Shown: in pieces, positions 35,985-45,847 of the stretch | Layout of the letters: every line of letters starts with the position of its first letter | How positions within the stretch are numbered: the first letter of the stretch is position 1 | IMG/VR virus record: IMGVR_UViG_3300046681_000127 | DNA from: an uncultured virus (IMG/VR IMGVR_UViG_3300046681_000127) | Taxonomy: Duplodnaviria > Heunggongvirae > Uroviricota > Caudoviricetes | Strand: one strand, 5' to 3' | Length of the DNA: 64,000 nucleotides | Notes under the pieces: generated by a model | What the model was told of the DNA's origin: nothing | Database searches by the model: none | What the model saw: only the letters and a program-made list of their open reading frames with translations | Position numbers and translations under genes: made by a program

Positions 35985-36454
35985 GCGCCAACTACCCCTC
36001 CACTGCCGAGATCCGCGCCCGCCTGGACGCGGTCCGCGTGCGGCACGCGAAGGCGACCGGTGGCCGTTGGGGCGTGGACCCCGAGGGTGCGCTCGGTCCG
36101 GACACGGTGGCCAGCGAGTGCGGCGGCTACGAGCACGTGATCGGGAACTTCTACTTCGGTGACGGCGACTCCGCCGAGGCTGACCGGGAGTTCACCCTCA
36201 ACGCGCATGCCGATGTGGCTGACCTGCTGGCTCTGCTCGACCTGTACGTCGGCCATGAGCCGACGCTCACCGAGGAGGCCCTGTACGTCCACGGGGAGAA
36301 GGTCCTCCGCAACGCCGCCGACGCCGTGGATGCGCTGCGCGAGAAGACGGACGTCAATGTCGCCACCTACCAGCGATACGACTTCCGGCAGCGCGTTGCC
36401 CTCAGTGACGCCGCAAACGAGCTCCGCCGCATTGCGAACGAGGGCGGTGCGTGA
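35981..36454 (+). CDS. Hypothetical early protein (Ead/Ea22-like)
   Basis: KATGGRW...DREF..NAH.DV..LL. Confidence 0.6.
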   Translation: MSANYPSTAEIRARLDAVRVRHAKATGGRWGVDPEGALGPDTVASECGGYEHVIGNFYFGDGDSAEADREFTLNAHADVADLLALLDLYVGHEPTLTEEALYVHGEKVLRNAADAVDALREKTDVNVATYQRYDFRQRVALSDAANELRRIANEGGA

Positions 36455-36693
36455 TGGCGACCCCGACCACTCCCCGCCCGCTCCCCGGCCTCACGGATCT
36501 GATCGCCGACCAGCGCGCCCGGCTGACCGACGAGCGCAAGCAGCAGCTTGCTGCCGACTTCGAGTCGATGCGCACCGCCCTGCTGGCCAACCACCACCCG
36601 GAGACCGCCCACGACTTCCTCGACGCGGACGCGGACACCGCCTTCCCGCTGCCGGGCGTCGCCCACCCCAAGACCGAAGAGGTGACCGCATGA
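36451..36693 (+). CDS. Hypothetical protein
   Basis: Translationally coupled chain. Confidence 0.6.
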   Translation: MMATPTTPRPLPGLTDLIADQRARLTDERKQQLAADFESMRTALLANHHPETAHDFLDADADTAFPLPGVAHPKTEEVTA

Positions 36694-37127
36694 CCGCCCG
36701 CGACGTATTGCACGCCCGCCTGTTCAAGGGCCCGAACGAGGACCGCGACGAGATGCTCGACGCCTTCCGCGCGGAGGTCATCGCTGAGCGCGACGCCGAG
36801 ACCATCGCGTGGCTGGGCAAGAAGGCCCGCGAGTACCGCTCTACCGGCCGCAAGCAGGACGCGGTGCAGGCGGACGCGATCGACACGATGGCGTCGAAGC
36901 TCAAGCGGGGTGCGGTCCGCGCCAACAGCCTGCTCGGGGTGGTCACCCGCCCCGACGTGCTGAACGAGGCCGCTGATCTGATCGAGGCCGAGCAGCACCG
37001 CCTCGACGACGCCGAGAACGCCCGACACGGCGCCCTCGGCCACGACGCCGAGTTGCAGCACGTCGCCGTACACGCCATGGGCGCCCTGCTGCGCCGCAAG
37101 GCCGAGGCCGGTGAGCCCCGTGGCTGA
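36690..37127 (+). CDS. Hypothetical protein
   Basis: Translationally coupled chain. Confidence 0.65.
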   Translation: MTARDVLHARLFKGPNEDRDEMLDAFRAEVIAERDAETIAWLGKKAREYRSTGRKQDAVQADAIDTMASKLKRGAVRANSLLGVVTRPDVLNEAADLIEAEQHRLDDAENARHGALGHDAELQHVAVHAMGALLRRKAEAGEPRG

Positions 37128-37362
37128 CACCTTCCTGTCCGGCCTGAGCGCCTTCCTGGGAGACGACCCCGACGAGGTCGCCGTGCACCACTGGTCGACC
37201 GACGGCGACGAACACGCACTGCTGCAGGTCGGCCCGCACCTGAACGTGCAGACGACGCAGGCCTCCCCGGAGACCCTGCGGAAGCTCGCCGCATGCGCCC
37301 TGGACCTCGCCGACTGGATCGAAAGCAAGAACGCGGCAGCCCGGGAGCAGGTGCGGTCATGA
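37120..37362 (+). CDS. Hypothetical protein
   Basis: Translationally coupled chain. Confidence 0.6.
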   Translation: MADTFLSGLSAFLGDDPDEVAVHHWSTDGDEHALLQVGPHLNVQTTQASPETLRKLAACALDLADWIESKNAAAREQVRS

Positions 37363-37589
37363 GCCCGCAGCACGCCGTCGCGTGGACGGTCGAGGCCGGT
37401 CTGATCAGGCCCGTCACCCGCATCACCAGGGCAGAACGGGCCCAGATCAGGCGTGCTGACGCCCGGTTCCACCGCTACCTCGACACCCAGTACGGGACCG
37501 ACGAGAAGGCGTGGCCCTGGAGCTCCCGCTACGCCTACCAGTCGACAGTCGCCGCCATCCACAACCAGCACCAGAGGAGGGCGGCATGA
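37359..37589 (+). CDS. Hypothetical protein
   Basis: ATGA overlap. Confidence 0.6.
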   Translation: MSPQHAVAWTVEAGLIRPVTRITRAERAQIRRADARFHRYLDTQYGTDEKAWPWSSRYAYQSTVAAIHNQHQRRAA

Positions 37590-37870
37590 AGACCTACGAC
37601 CGCGCGCTCACGCACTGCGCACACCTGCCGGCCGAGGGCCAGCAGCTGTACATGCTCGGCTTCAACGCCGGTCTGCGGGCCGCATCCGAGGGTGACGACA
37701 CGGACGGGTTCTTCCGGTCGCTGATCTCCGCCGATCATCTGGCGTCGGCCGCCGGGTTCCTGGAGGGCTGTGCCGCCGCGAACCTCGACGTTCCGGTGCT
37801 GCGGAAGGCCGCAGACCGGGGGCGGTGGCGGAACGACTCCCGCGCCTACCGGAAGCGGGCGGTGGCGTGA
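37586..37870 (+). CDS. Hypothetical protein
   Basis: ATGA overlap; RBS GGAGG. Confidence 0.6.
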   Translation: MKTYDRALTHCAHLPAEGQQLYMLGFNAGLRAASEGDDTDGFFRSLISADHLASAAGFLEGCAAANLDVPVLRKAADRGRWRNDSRAYRKRAVA

Positions 37871-38064
37871 CGACCGATGTTGCTCAGGCCGCGGACGCGC
37901 TGGAGCACCTGCCGGACGCGCCGCCTGAGACGCGTAACGCCGTGGGGGCCGGGCTCATCCGCGCGCTCGGCCTCGGCGGCCGCGAGCTTCCCGAACTGCC
38001 GCTGGAGGACTTCCAGTTCATGGCCGCACTCGGCCTCATCCACAACCCGCCCGAGGAGGACTGA
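37867..38064 (+). CDS. Hypothetical protein
   Basis: GTGA overlap. Confidence 0.55.
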   Translation: MTTDVAQAADALEHLPDAPPETRNAVGAGLIRALGLGGRELPELPLEDFQFMAALGLIHNPPEED

Positions 38065-38067
38065 TCC

Positions 38068-38415
38068 GTGACCACCTTCGACACCCCGAAAACCCCCGCC
38101 GCGTTCGTCGAGACCTGCCTGCGTACCTGCGTCGAGGCCGACCTGCTCGCCTCGGAGAACATCAACGACCGGTGGCTGCGCGAAGCCCACACGCACACGG
38201 CCGTGATGGCGTTCGTCGCGACAACCGCCATGGAGACCCTGCGCCACCATGCGCCCGAGGCGGCCGACGCTCTGGCCGAACACCTCGACCGTGTCATCAC
38301 CGCAGGCGACCTCGGCGGCCCCGCCTACCGAACCGCCAAGGGCCTCGCGCACGACCCCGACCAGTGGATCGCCGCCCACGAAGAGCGCGCCGCCCTACGG
38401 AAGGTGGCGTCGTGA
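38068..38415 (+). CDS. Hypothetical protein
   Basis: RBS GAGGAGG. Confidence 0.65.
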   Translation: MTTFDTPKTPAAFVETCLRTCVEADLLASENINDRWLREAHTHTAVMAFVATTAMETLRHHAPEAADALAEHLDRVITAGDLGGPAYRTAKGLAHDPDQWIAAHEERAALRKVAS

Positions 38416-38786
38416 TCCCCTACCTGCTCGCCGTGATCGCCCTGTTCGCCGCCGCGATGGTGGCCGCCGCCGTCTGGTCCGGCCAGCTCCCCTGGATGAA
38501 CGTCATCACCGGCGCGAAGCCCACCGGGCCCGCCGGGATCGTCGCCGACACCGCGCGGACCGCCCTCCCGTGGCTCGACGACCCGAAGGCCGGGGGCGCC
38601 CGCATCGCCGCTCTCGACCCGCAGGCCGCCCGCCGCGACTACGAGGCCAGCATCCGCGACAGGCACACCGAATCCCTCGCGGACTGGGAGCTCCGCCGCG
38701 CGGTTCTTGGCGCCCGCATGACCGAAGCCGACGCTGCCGCCGGCCTGCTCGACCGCACCGTTCCGCAGCCCCGCACGGAGGCATGA
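38412..38786 (+). CDS. Membrane-anchored hypothetical protein
   Basis: N-terminal transmembrane segment; GTGA overlap. Confidence 0.6.
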   Translation: MIPYLLAVIALFAAAMVAAAVWSGQLPWMNVITGAKPTGPAGIVADTARTALPWLDDPKAGGARIAALDPQAARRDYEASIRDRHTESLADWELRRAVLGARMTEADAAAGLLDRTVPQPRTEA

Positions 38787-38977
38787 CCGTGACGCTCCTT
38801 CAAATCGCCCGCCTCCGCCTCGCCCTCACCACCAGCCCGATCGGCGCCACACCGGTGGAACTCGCCGACCAGGAGACCAGCCTCGCCGACTGCCGCATCG
38901 CACTCCACGCAGCCCGAGGCATCCCTCTCCAGTACGCCGACCCCACCAGCGGGCGATTCATCAAGGAGCAGTCGTGA
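38783..38977 (+). CDS. Hypothetical protein
   Basis: ATGA overlap. Confidence 0.55.
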   Translation: MTVTLLQIARLRLALTTSPIGATPVELADQETSLADCRIALHAARGIPLQYADPTSGRFIKEQS

Positions 38978-39498
38978 CCATGACCGTCCCGTGGCGCCGC
39001 GCCAACACCCTGAAGCCCCACCCCAAGCACCGGGCCGACGACAAGATCCGCGAGATGCAGAACAACCTCGACGGAGCCGAGCACCTCATCAACGGACTCC
39101 GCGCCGACCGGGACAAGTACAAGGGCCTGTACGACGGCATCGTCGACAAGGCCAACCGGGTCGATGAAGCCGAGACCCGCGCCGCCGAGGCCGAGCGCCA
39201 GAGGGACGCCGACTACGCCGAGCTCGTCGCTCTCCGCCAGTTCAAGGCCAACGTCACCGCCGTCACCGCGCCGCCCATGGAGCGCGACACCACCGGCGAG
39301 GACACCCTCGTCACCCCGATTCCCGTACCCGAGTACGGCGACGCGGCGGCCGTCAAGGCCCTGTGGCAGTCGTCGCTGGCCGTCCTCCCGCAGGACGTCA
39401 CCCTCCCGAAGTCGGAGGGCCACCAGGCGATGGCCGATCAGTTCGACGCCGGCGCCAGGAAGGTCACCGTCTCCGGCGGGACCTGGCGCACCGCCTGA
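38974..39498 (+). CDS. Coiled-coil hypothetical protein
   Basis: GTGA overlap. Confidence 0.65.
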   Translation: MTMTVPWRRANTLKPHPKHRADDKIREMQNNLDGAEHLINGLRADRDKYKGLYDGIVDKANRVDEAETRAAEAERQRDADYAELVALRQFKANVTAVTAPPMERDTTGEDTLVTPIPVPEYGDAAAVKALWQSSLAVLPQDVTLPKSEGHQAMADQFDAGARKVTVSGGTWRTA

Positions 39499-39574
39499 AC
39501 CACCACCCGAAGCGCCGCGCCGAGGACAAGTCGGCGCGGCACCCAGACAGCATCGCACCCCAGGGAGAACCGCC

Positions 39575-40111
39575 GTGAACATCACCATCCAGGTCGACGA
39601 GATCACCCTCGACACCGTCGTCGCCGAGGTCGTCGACTTCGACGAGGACGGCGACGCAGTCGAGACCGGCCAGACCACCGTCGCCGACATGGTCGCCAAG
39701 CAGATCGTCGAACGGCTCGTCAAGAGCGACCGCTACCCGGGCCTCCGCGACCAGGTCACGCAGATCCGCAACGAGGAGATCCGGGCCGCCGTCCGTCCCG
39801 CCATCAATGAGGCCATCACCCGGCCGATCCGCAAGACCAACCACTACGGCGAGGTCACCGGCGGCGAGACGACCCTGTCCGAGCTGATCGTCGAAGAGGC
39901 CCGCAAGCAGCTCAAGGAGAACGTCGACCGGTACGACAGCAAGAAGGGCACCGTGCTGTCGCAGACCATCGCCGCCGAGGTCAGGAAGGCTTTCGGCACG
40001 GAGATCGCCGCCGCCGTACAGCAGGCCCGCGATCTGGTGATCACGCAGCTCGGCGACGAGATCGGCCAGCAGATCACCGCCACCGTCACCGCCGCGCTCG
40101 CCAAGCGCTGA
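39575..40111 (+). CDS. Hypothetical protein
   Basis: RBS GGGAG; strong codon bias. Confidence 0.7.
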   Translation: MNITIQVDEITLDTVVAEVVDFDEDGDAVETGQTTVADMVAKQIVERLVKSDRYPGLRDQVTQIRNEEIRAAVRPAINEAITRPIRKTNHYGEVTGGETTLSELIVEEARKQLKENVDRYDSKKGTVLSQTIAAEVRKAFGTEIAAAVQQARDLVITQLGDEIGQQITATVTAALAKR

Positions 40112-40264
40112 CCACCCCGACCGGCGCCTCCTGGCTCGTCCGCCAGTAGACGGCGCCACAGGCCCGGACCGACCTCCCCCCAACGGTTCCGGGCCACAGG
40201 CCCCGCTCTCCTCCTCCCCAGTGGAGAGCGGGGCCCCTACAGCCGACGCCACGAACGGAATCCC

Positions 40265-41239
40265 ATGAGCACCACCGAGCGGCCCAGCCCGCCATCACCA
40301 CTCGCGTACCCGGCCACACCGACCGGGATCCTCCTCGGCACCTTTCAACCCGGCACGCCGGAATGGGACGCCGCCCGCGGTGGCCTATGCATCACTGCCA
40401 CCGAGATCGCCGCCGTCATGGGGCTCTCACCGTGGCAGTCCAGGTTCAGCCTCTGGCACAAGAAGGCCGGCCTGCCGTCACCCCCGTTCGAACCCTCACC
40501 GGCCATGGAGTGGGGCACCCGCCTGGAGCCCGCCGTCGCAGGCAAGTTCATCGACGAACACCCCGAGTGGATCTCCGGAACCGCCGGAACCTTCCAGCAC
40601 CACGAGCGGACCTGGCAGCGCGCAACTCCCGACCAGCTTCTCTACCCGTGCGCCGCAGCCAGCGACCGGGAAGGCGCCACCGACATCGCCGGCGAGCCGA
40701 CTGCGCTGCTAGAGGTGAAGACCTCCCCGTTCGGAGACGACTGGGACAACGGCGTACCCGCCCACTACCGGGCTCAGATCCTGTGGCAGCTCGACACGCT
40801 CGGCCTCACCACCTGCCACGTCGCACTCCTGGTGTCCGGCCACGACTACCGCGAATACGTCGTCGATTACGACGCCACCGACGCCGAGTTGATGCGCAAG
40901 GCGGCCCGCGAGTTCCTCGATGACGTCGCCAACGACGTCCGGCCGCCCATCGACACTTCCGACGTCACCTACCAGACCGTCCGCCGCCAGGCCGAGGGCC
41001 GCGATGACGTTGACGTCGAAATCCCCGCCGCCATGGCCGTCCGCTACGAGGACGCCCAAGACGCCATCAAAGCGGCTGAAGCCGAACTGACCGGCGCCAA
41101 GTCCGAAGTCCTCGACGCCATCGGCAACGGCTACCGCGCCGTCGTAGGCGAACGCCGCATCGCCTACCGAACCGTCAAGCCCGACGGCACCACCAAAGCA
41201 CTCCAGCCCTACACCCGAAAGAAGGCCATCGCAGCATGA
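40265..41239 (+). CDS. YqaJ/lambda-Exo-like recombination exonuclease
   Basis: EW..AR...ITATE, WG.RLEP, ATPD, LLEVKT, Y..Q. Confidence 0.9.
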   Translation: MSTTERPSPPSPLAYPATPTGILLGTFQPGTPEWDAARGGLCITATEIAAVMGLSPWQSRFSLWHKKAGLPSPPFEPSPAMEWGTRLEPAVAGKFIDEHPEWISGTAGTFQHHERTWQRATPDQLLYPCAAASDREGATDIAGEPTALLEVKTSPFGDDWDNGVPAHYRAQILWQLDTLGLTTCHVALLVSGHDYREYVVDYDATDAELMRKAAREFLDDVANDVRPPIDTSDVTYQTVRRQAEGRDDVDVEIPAAMAVRYEDAQDAIKAAEAELTGAKSEVLDAIGNGYRAVVGERRIAYRTVKPDGTTKALQPYTRKKAIAA

Positions 41240-42087
41240 CCGAGCAGACCATCACCAACGCCGTCGCCGTCCGCGACAACAGCCCCCAGGGTCTCATCGA
41301 GCAGTACCGAGGCGACTTCTCCACCGTCCTCCCGGCCCACATCAAGGGAGACACCTGGGTCCGCCTCGCGCAGGGCTCGCTGCGCCGCGACAAAAACCTC
41401 CTGCGGGTCGCCACGCAGAACCCCGGCTCCTTCATGTCCGCACTGCTGGAATGCGCCCGCCTCGGCCACGAGCCCGGCACCAGTTCCTTCTACCTCGTGC
41501 CGTTCGGCAACGAAGTGCAGGGCATCGAAGGCTACGTCGGGAAGATCGACCGCATCTATCGGGCCGGCGCCGCCGCCACCGTCGTCGCGGAGGTCGTCTA
41601 CACCAACGACCGCTTCAGTTACAAGCCCGGCCCTGGCGCCGTCCCGGACCACGAGATCGACTGGGACTCCGAGAATCGTGGCGAACTCCGCCTGGTCTAC
41701 GCATACGCGCAGATGAAGGACGGCTCCGTCTCCCGCGTCGTCGTCATGAACAAGGCCGAAGTCGCCAAGCACATGCGCGAGTCGAAGGGCTGGGACAAGC
41801 CCACCTCGCCGTGGAAGCGCTGGACGTCCGCGATGTGGCTCAAGACCGCAACCCACGAACTGGAGAAGTGGGTTCCGTCCAGTACCGAGTACATGCGTGA
41901 GCGCCTGCGCGCGGCCCAGGAAGTCGCCGCCGAGAAGCAGGGGCAGGTCGCACAGATCGCCTCGGTCCCGGCCGCTGCTGCCCAGCCACACCCCGTCGCG
42001 GCTGCGGTCACGGATGACGTCGTCGAGGCCGAGTTCGTCGATGACGAGCCCGCTGGCTGGCCGCAGACCGCCAACGTCCCGCAGTAA
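41236..42087 (+). CDS. recT: RecT-like single-strand annealing protein
   Basis: LGHEPG...YLVPF, GYVG, AEVVY.ND.F, MWLKT. Confidence 0.9.
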   Translation: MTEQTITNAVAVRDNSPQGLIEQYRGDFSTVLPAHIKGDTWVRLAQGSLRRDKNLLRVATQNPGSFMSALLECARLGHEPGTSSFYLVPFGNEVQGIEGYVGKIDRIYRAGAAATVVAEVVYTNDRFSYKPGPGAVPDHEIDWDSENRGELRLVYAYAQMKDGSVSRVVVMNKAEVAKHMRESKGWDKPTSPWKRWTSAMWLKTATHELEKWVPSSTEYMRERLRAAQEVAAEKQGQVAQIASVPAAAAQPHPVAAAVTDDVVEAEFVDDEPAGWPQTANVPQ

Positions 42088-42160
42088 TCCCACCTTCTTG
42101 CGGGGTCGCCGCGGCCCGAACCTGCGGCGACCCCGCTCAACTTCAAGGACACCACACGCC

Positions 42161-42808
42161 ATGACCATCAACCACCGCGCCGAGGCCGAACAGCATCTCG
42201 CCACCGCGGCCCGCCACCTCACCGAACTCCCGGCCGACATGCGAATCGCCGAGGTCGCCGCCTCGATCGGGCAGGGCCACGCCGCCCTCGCCCGGAACGA
42301 CGAGCGGGCCGCCACGACCGCCGACATGCGCGACGCCCTCGCGCTGCTCCGCAAGCGGGAGTACGCGACGCGCGAGCTTGTGTCCGCGCACATTGCGCAG
42401 GCCCTCGCCAGCAGGGAGCGCGAGCGCTGGGGCGCAGGCCGCAGCCTCGCGCAGGCCCTCGACGAAGCCGACTGCAACATGGACGGGCTCATCGACAACT
42501 GGCTCACCGACGACGGATGGGACGCGCGGTCCGCCTGGAAAGTCCCGGCATCCGCTACCCGCACCGCCGCGCCCGCCGACGACCCGTGGGCGGCCACCCC
42601 CGACATCACCGCAGAGGTCCCGGGACCCGTCCGTCGAGTCCTTGCCGAATACCTGGCCGCCGCGCTCCTCAGCAAAGGGGACGCCCAGGGCGTGGGTCAG
42701 ACGATCACCTTCGCCCTGAAGCACGCGGGCGCCGACCTCACGGGCGACATCGAGAAGCGCATCACCGAACTCACCCTCGGCCGCGACCCCGCCGAGCCCC
42801 CGTTCTAG
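42161..42808 (+). CDS. Helical protein with SSB-like tail motifs
   Basis: PADDPWA internally and EPPF at the C-terminus. Confidence 0.7.
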   Translation: MTINHRAEAEQHLATAARHLTELPADMRIAEVAASIGQGHAALARNDERAATTADMRDALALLRKREYATRELVSAHIAQALASRERERWGAGRSLAQALDEADCNMDGLIDNWLTDDGWDARSAWKVPASATRTAAPADDPWAATPDITAEVPGPVRRVLAEYLAAALLSKGDAQGVGQTITFALKHAGADLTGDIEKRITELTLGRDPAEPPF

Positions 42809-42876
42809 CCACCCCGCTTCGCCGTGGCCGCGCTGACCGAAACAGCGCGGCCACGGCAGACCACCAGGAGTCTCCC

Positions 42877-43191
42877 ATGACCACCTTCCTCCGCCGACTG
42901 CTCGTAGCCCTCGCCCACGACGGGCCCGGCTACGACCCGATCCACGACGAGGCCGTCCGAATGCAGACCGCCCTCGGTCTGCTCTCCGACCGCTACCTGC
43001 AGATCGCCGACCAGGCCACCACCGACGTCGGCCGCAACCGAGCCATGCAGATCCGGCAGGCCGGCAACGACATCCGCCACGCCCTCATCAACGGCCGCAT
43101 CCCCGCCTACCTGATGACCGATGACGAGCTCGCCGAGCTTGTGGACGGCCAGGACGCCGAGCTTGTTGACCTCGCCGGGGGTGCCCGATGA
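42877..43191 (+). CDS. Hypothetical protein
   Basis: RBS AGGAG. Confidence 0.65.
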   Translation: MTTFLRRLLVALAHDGPGYDPIHDEAVRMQTALGLLSDRYLQIADQATTDVGRNRAMQIRQAGNDIRHALINGRIPAYLMTDDELAELVDGQDAELVDLAGGAR

Positions 43192-43385
43192 CCGTTCGCG
43201 AGGAGACCTTCGCCGTCTACTGCGCCGGCGAGGAGATCGACGGCATCGGCATGACCTACATCTACGCCACCACGCCGCTCGGACCCATCCGGATGACCGC
43301 CGATGAGGCCGAAGACCTCGGCCGCAAGCTCATCGCCGCCGCCGAATACGACCGCCAGCTCGACGACCAGGAGCCCACGCCATGA
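43188..43385 (+). CDS. Hypothetical protein
   Basis: ATGA overlap. Confidence 0.6.
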   Translation: MTVREETFAVYCAGEEIDGIGMTYIYATTPLGPIRMTADEAEDLGRKLIAAAEYDRQLDDQEPTP

Positions 43386-43756
43386 CGCTCACGCCCGAGC
43401 AGGCCCGCGCCGAAGCCAACGCCACCCTCGCCGCCATGTACCAGACCGTCACCGACTGGGACACCGCGCTCCTCGACCAGGCCGTCCTCGCCATCGCCTC
43501 CGACGGCCAGCCCTTCGGCATGAACGACCTGCGCACCGTCCTCCCCGAAGACGCCTGCAAGCGTGCCGGCCTGTACTTCCACAGCCTCATCGCCCTCGAA
43601 AGCCCACTCATCCTCCGCCCCGTCGGTGAAGTCCCCTCCGTCAACCCCAAGGCCCACGGCAAGAAGGTCGGCATCTACCGGCTGACCGGCGCGGGACGCA
43701 AGTTCCTTGCTGACCGGCGTGCGGGCCGCATTGAGCAGCGGAGGGCCGCGGCGTGA
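43382..43756 (+). CDS. Hypothetical protein
   Basis: ATGA overlap; S.NPKAHGK.V..Y. Confidence 0.65.
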   Translation: MTLTPEQARAEANATLAAMYQTVTDWDTALLDQAVLAIASDGQPFGMNDLRTVLPEDACKRAGLYFHSLIALESPLILRPVGEVPSVNPKAHGKKVGIYRLTGAGRKFLADRRAGRIEQRRAAA

Positions 43757-44070
43757 ACAACCTCGTGATCTGCCGCTCCTCGGATTTCCTGATGCGGCGA
43801 ATCCTCAACTGCCCGATCTGCAAGCGCCGCCGCCGCATGAGCGTCCGCGACGCCCTCTGGTACGGCGCCACGGTCACCTGCTGCGGTTGTGGCGACTCCT
43901 GGACTGACGGCGAACTCCACCCGCGCCCGTTCAAGCGCGGCTGGCGGAAGACCGCCGTCGCCCAAGCCAAGGCCGAATGGGACGCCGCAGGGCCGTTCGA
44001 CCGCGCGGAGTACGACCGGTGGTTCGAAGAGCAGCACGGCGGCACCGTCCGGACGGACGTGGCCGCATGA
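43753..44070 (+). CDS. Zinc-ribbon hypothetical protein
   Basis: CPIC...CCGCG. Confidence 0.6.
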   Translation: MNNLVICRSSDFLMRRILNCPICKRRRRMSVRDALWYGATVTCCGCGDSWTDGELHPRPFKRGWRKTAVAQAKAEWDAAGPFDRAEYDRWFEEQHGGTVRTDVAA

Positions 44071-44396
44071 GCGACTACGTCTGGTCGGCCATCTGCTTCC
44101 TCGCCTGGTTCTGCTCCAGCCCCTGGCACGTCACCGCCCTGGTCGCCGCCTGCCTCGCCGCCGGCGTGTGGCTCGGAACCAGCGACCCGCGGGACATGCG
44201 GAGCGAAGCCGCGGGCGACGCCGAGGAGAACGGGGCGCCGTGGGCGGACAACGCCGGCGGCGGGGATGGGTGGGCGGTCGACCTCGACGCACAGGCCGCC
44301 CTGTTCGCGCACATCGACGCAGCCGAACGCCTCGACCTGTGCGAGCGGCTGTGGGCGATGCCCGCCTACGACTACATCACTGAGGAGGAGCGGTGA
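44067..44396 (+). CDS. Membrane hypothetical protein
   Basis: N-terminal hydrophobic segments. Confidence 0.55.
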   Translation: MSDYVWSAICFLAWFCSSPWHVTALVAACLAAGVWLGTSDPRDMRSEAAGDAEENGAPWADNAGGGDGWAVDLDAQAALFAHIDAAERLDLCERLWAMPAYDYITEEER

Positions 44397-45247
44397 CCAC
44401 CGCCACGCGGACCGCCGAGGCGCCGCACCACAACGCCCTCACCTGCTACACCGACTACCACTGCCGGCTTCCCGGATGCGTCGACCGTTTCAATGCCCGA
44501 GCCCGAGAACGGGATCAAGCTCACAAGGTCGGCACCTACAGCGGCCTCATCGACGCCGCGCGAGCCCGACACCACATCGTCCGCCTCCAGCGCGCCGGGA
44601 TGAGCGCAGAAGCCATCGCCAAGGCAGCCGGACTGTCCCCGCACTCCATCCTCGACCTGCTGCGCCCACGCTCAACAAAAAGCCGCGGCCGGCGCCTGCG
44701 CACCACGCCAGCCACCGAAGCGAAGATCCTCGCCGTCACCCCCGGAAACCACACCGTCGGACGCATCGACGCAACTGGAACCATCCGACGCGTCCAAGCC
44801 CTCGCCACCCTCGGCTGGCCCGCCCGCAACATCGCACGCCACGCCGGACTCGCAGGCGAAAACGCCACCGACATCCTGCGACGAACCCGCGTGTACGCCG
44901 CGACCGCCAACGCCATCAAGGCCGCCTACGACGAGCTCCGCACCCTCCAGCCCGAGAAGCACGGAGTCGTCAAAGCCCAGGCCCACAAGACCAAGAACCG
45001 CGCCACCCGAGAGCGCTGGGTGCCACCCAAGTACTGGGACCTGCACCCCGGCGCCATAGACGACCCCGAGTTCGAACCGGAATACAAGAAACTCCGCGTC
45101 GAGATCATCGCGGAAGAAGCCCACTGGCTGATCACCACCTTCGGCTACGACCGCAACGAAGCCGCCGACCGCCTCGGCGTCGACCGCACCTACGTCGACC
45201 GGGCGCTGCGCGAGCACCCCCAGGGCGAGTTCGAGGCTGCCTCGTGA
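44393..45247 (+). CDS. Multi-HTH DNA-binding protein
   Basis: H....CY....CR...C, GMSAEAIA, GT.RRVQAL...GW, AADRLGV. Confidence 0.75.
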   Translation: MTTATRTAEAPHHNALTCYTDYHCRLPGCVDRFNARARERDQAHKVGTYSGLIDAARARHHIVRLQRAGMSAEAIAKAAGLSPHSILDLLRPRSTKSRGRRLRTTPATEAKILAVTPGNHTVGRIDATGTIRRVQALATLGWPARNIARHAGLAGENATDILRRTRVYAATANAIKAAYDELRTLQPEKHGVVKAQAHKTKNRATRERWVPPKYWDLHPGAIDDPEFEPEYKKLRVEIIAEEAHWLITTFGYDRNEAADRLGVDRTYVDRALREHPQGEFEAAS

Positions 45248-45519
45248 CCGGCTCCTGGCTGGACGGAGCCCGTTGCGCGACCGTCGGCCCGGCCGTCATG
45301 TTCCCCGAAGGCGTCGGATACGTCGCCCTGACCCAGACCCGCGAGGCGAAGGCCGTCTGCGCGCACTGCAGGGTCACCGCCGAATGCCTCGCCTATGCCC
45401 TCCAGCGCGAAGGCGACAGCACCCCCGCATACAGGGCCGGCGTATACGGCGGACTCGACCGACACCAGCGATACCGCATCGGCCGCGAACGTCGGCAGCA
45501 GACAGCAGGTGCCGCATGA
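45244..45519 (+). CDS. WhiB-family Fe-S transcription factor 1
   Basis: W...A.C...AKAVC..C.V...CL..AL...GVYGG. Confidence 0.88.
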   Translation: MTGSWLDGARCATVGPAVMFPEGVGYVALTQTREAKAVCAHCRVTAECLAYALQREGDSTPAYRAGVYGGLDRHQRYRIGRERRQQTAGAA

Positions 45520-45794
45520 CCGCCGACTGGCAGGCCGCCGGCCTGTGCCTGATCCCCGCCTACATTCCGCTCTTCGGCGACCAGCGCGTCCCCGGCATGT
45601 CGTGGGCCACCCGCGCCGTCGCCGCGAAAGCCGTCTGCGGAAGGTGCTCGGTCGAGGCCGTCTGCCTCGCCTGGGCGCTGGAGCAGGAAGGGACCGCGGG
45701 CGCCAACGGGAGAGCCGGGGTCCTCGGCGGGAAGAGCGCCGCAGAACGGGCCGCGATAGCGGGGGCCTCGGGCGACGAGGACGGTGCGCGGTGA
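45516..45794 (+). CDS. WhiB-family Fe-S transcription factor 2
   Basis: WQ....C...AKAVC..C.V...CL..AL...GVLGG. Confidence 0.8.
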   Translation: MTADWQAAGLCLIPAYIPLFGDQRVPGMSWATRAVAAKAVCGRCSVEAVCLAWALEQEGTAGANGRAGVLGGKSAAERAAIAGASGDEDGAR

Positions 45795-45847
45795 ACGCGG
45801 GCATGGGGACGCCCCGCCGTGAGGGCGGGGCGAAGGGGGGGCGGGGG

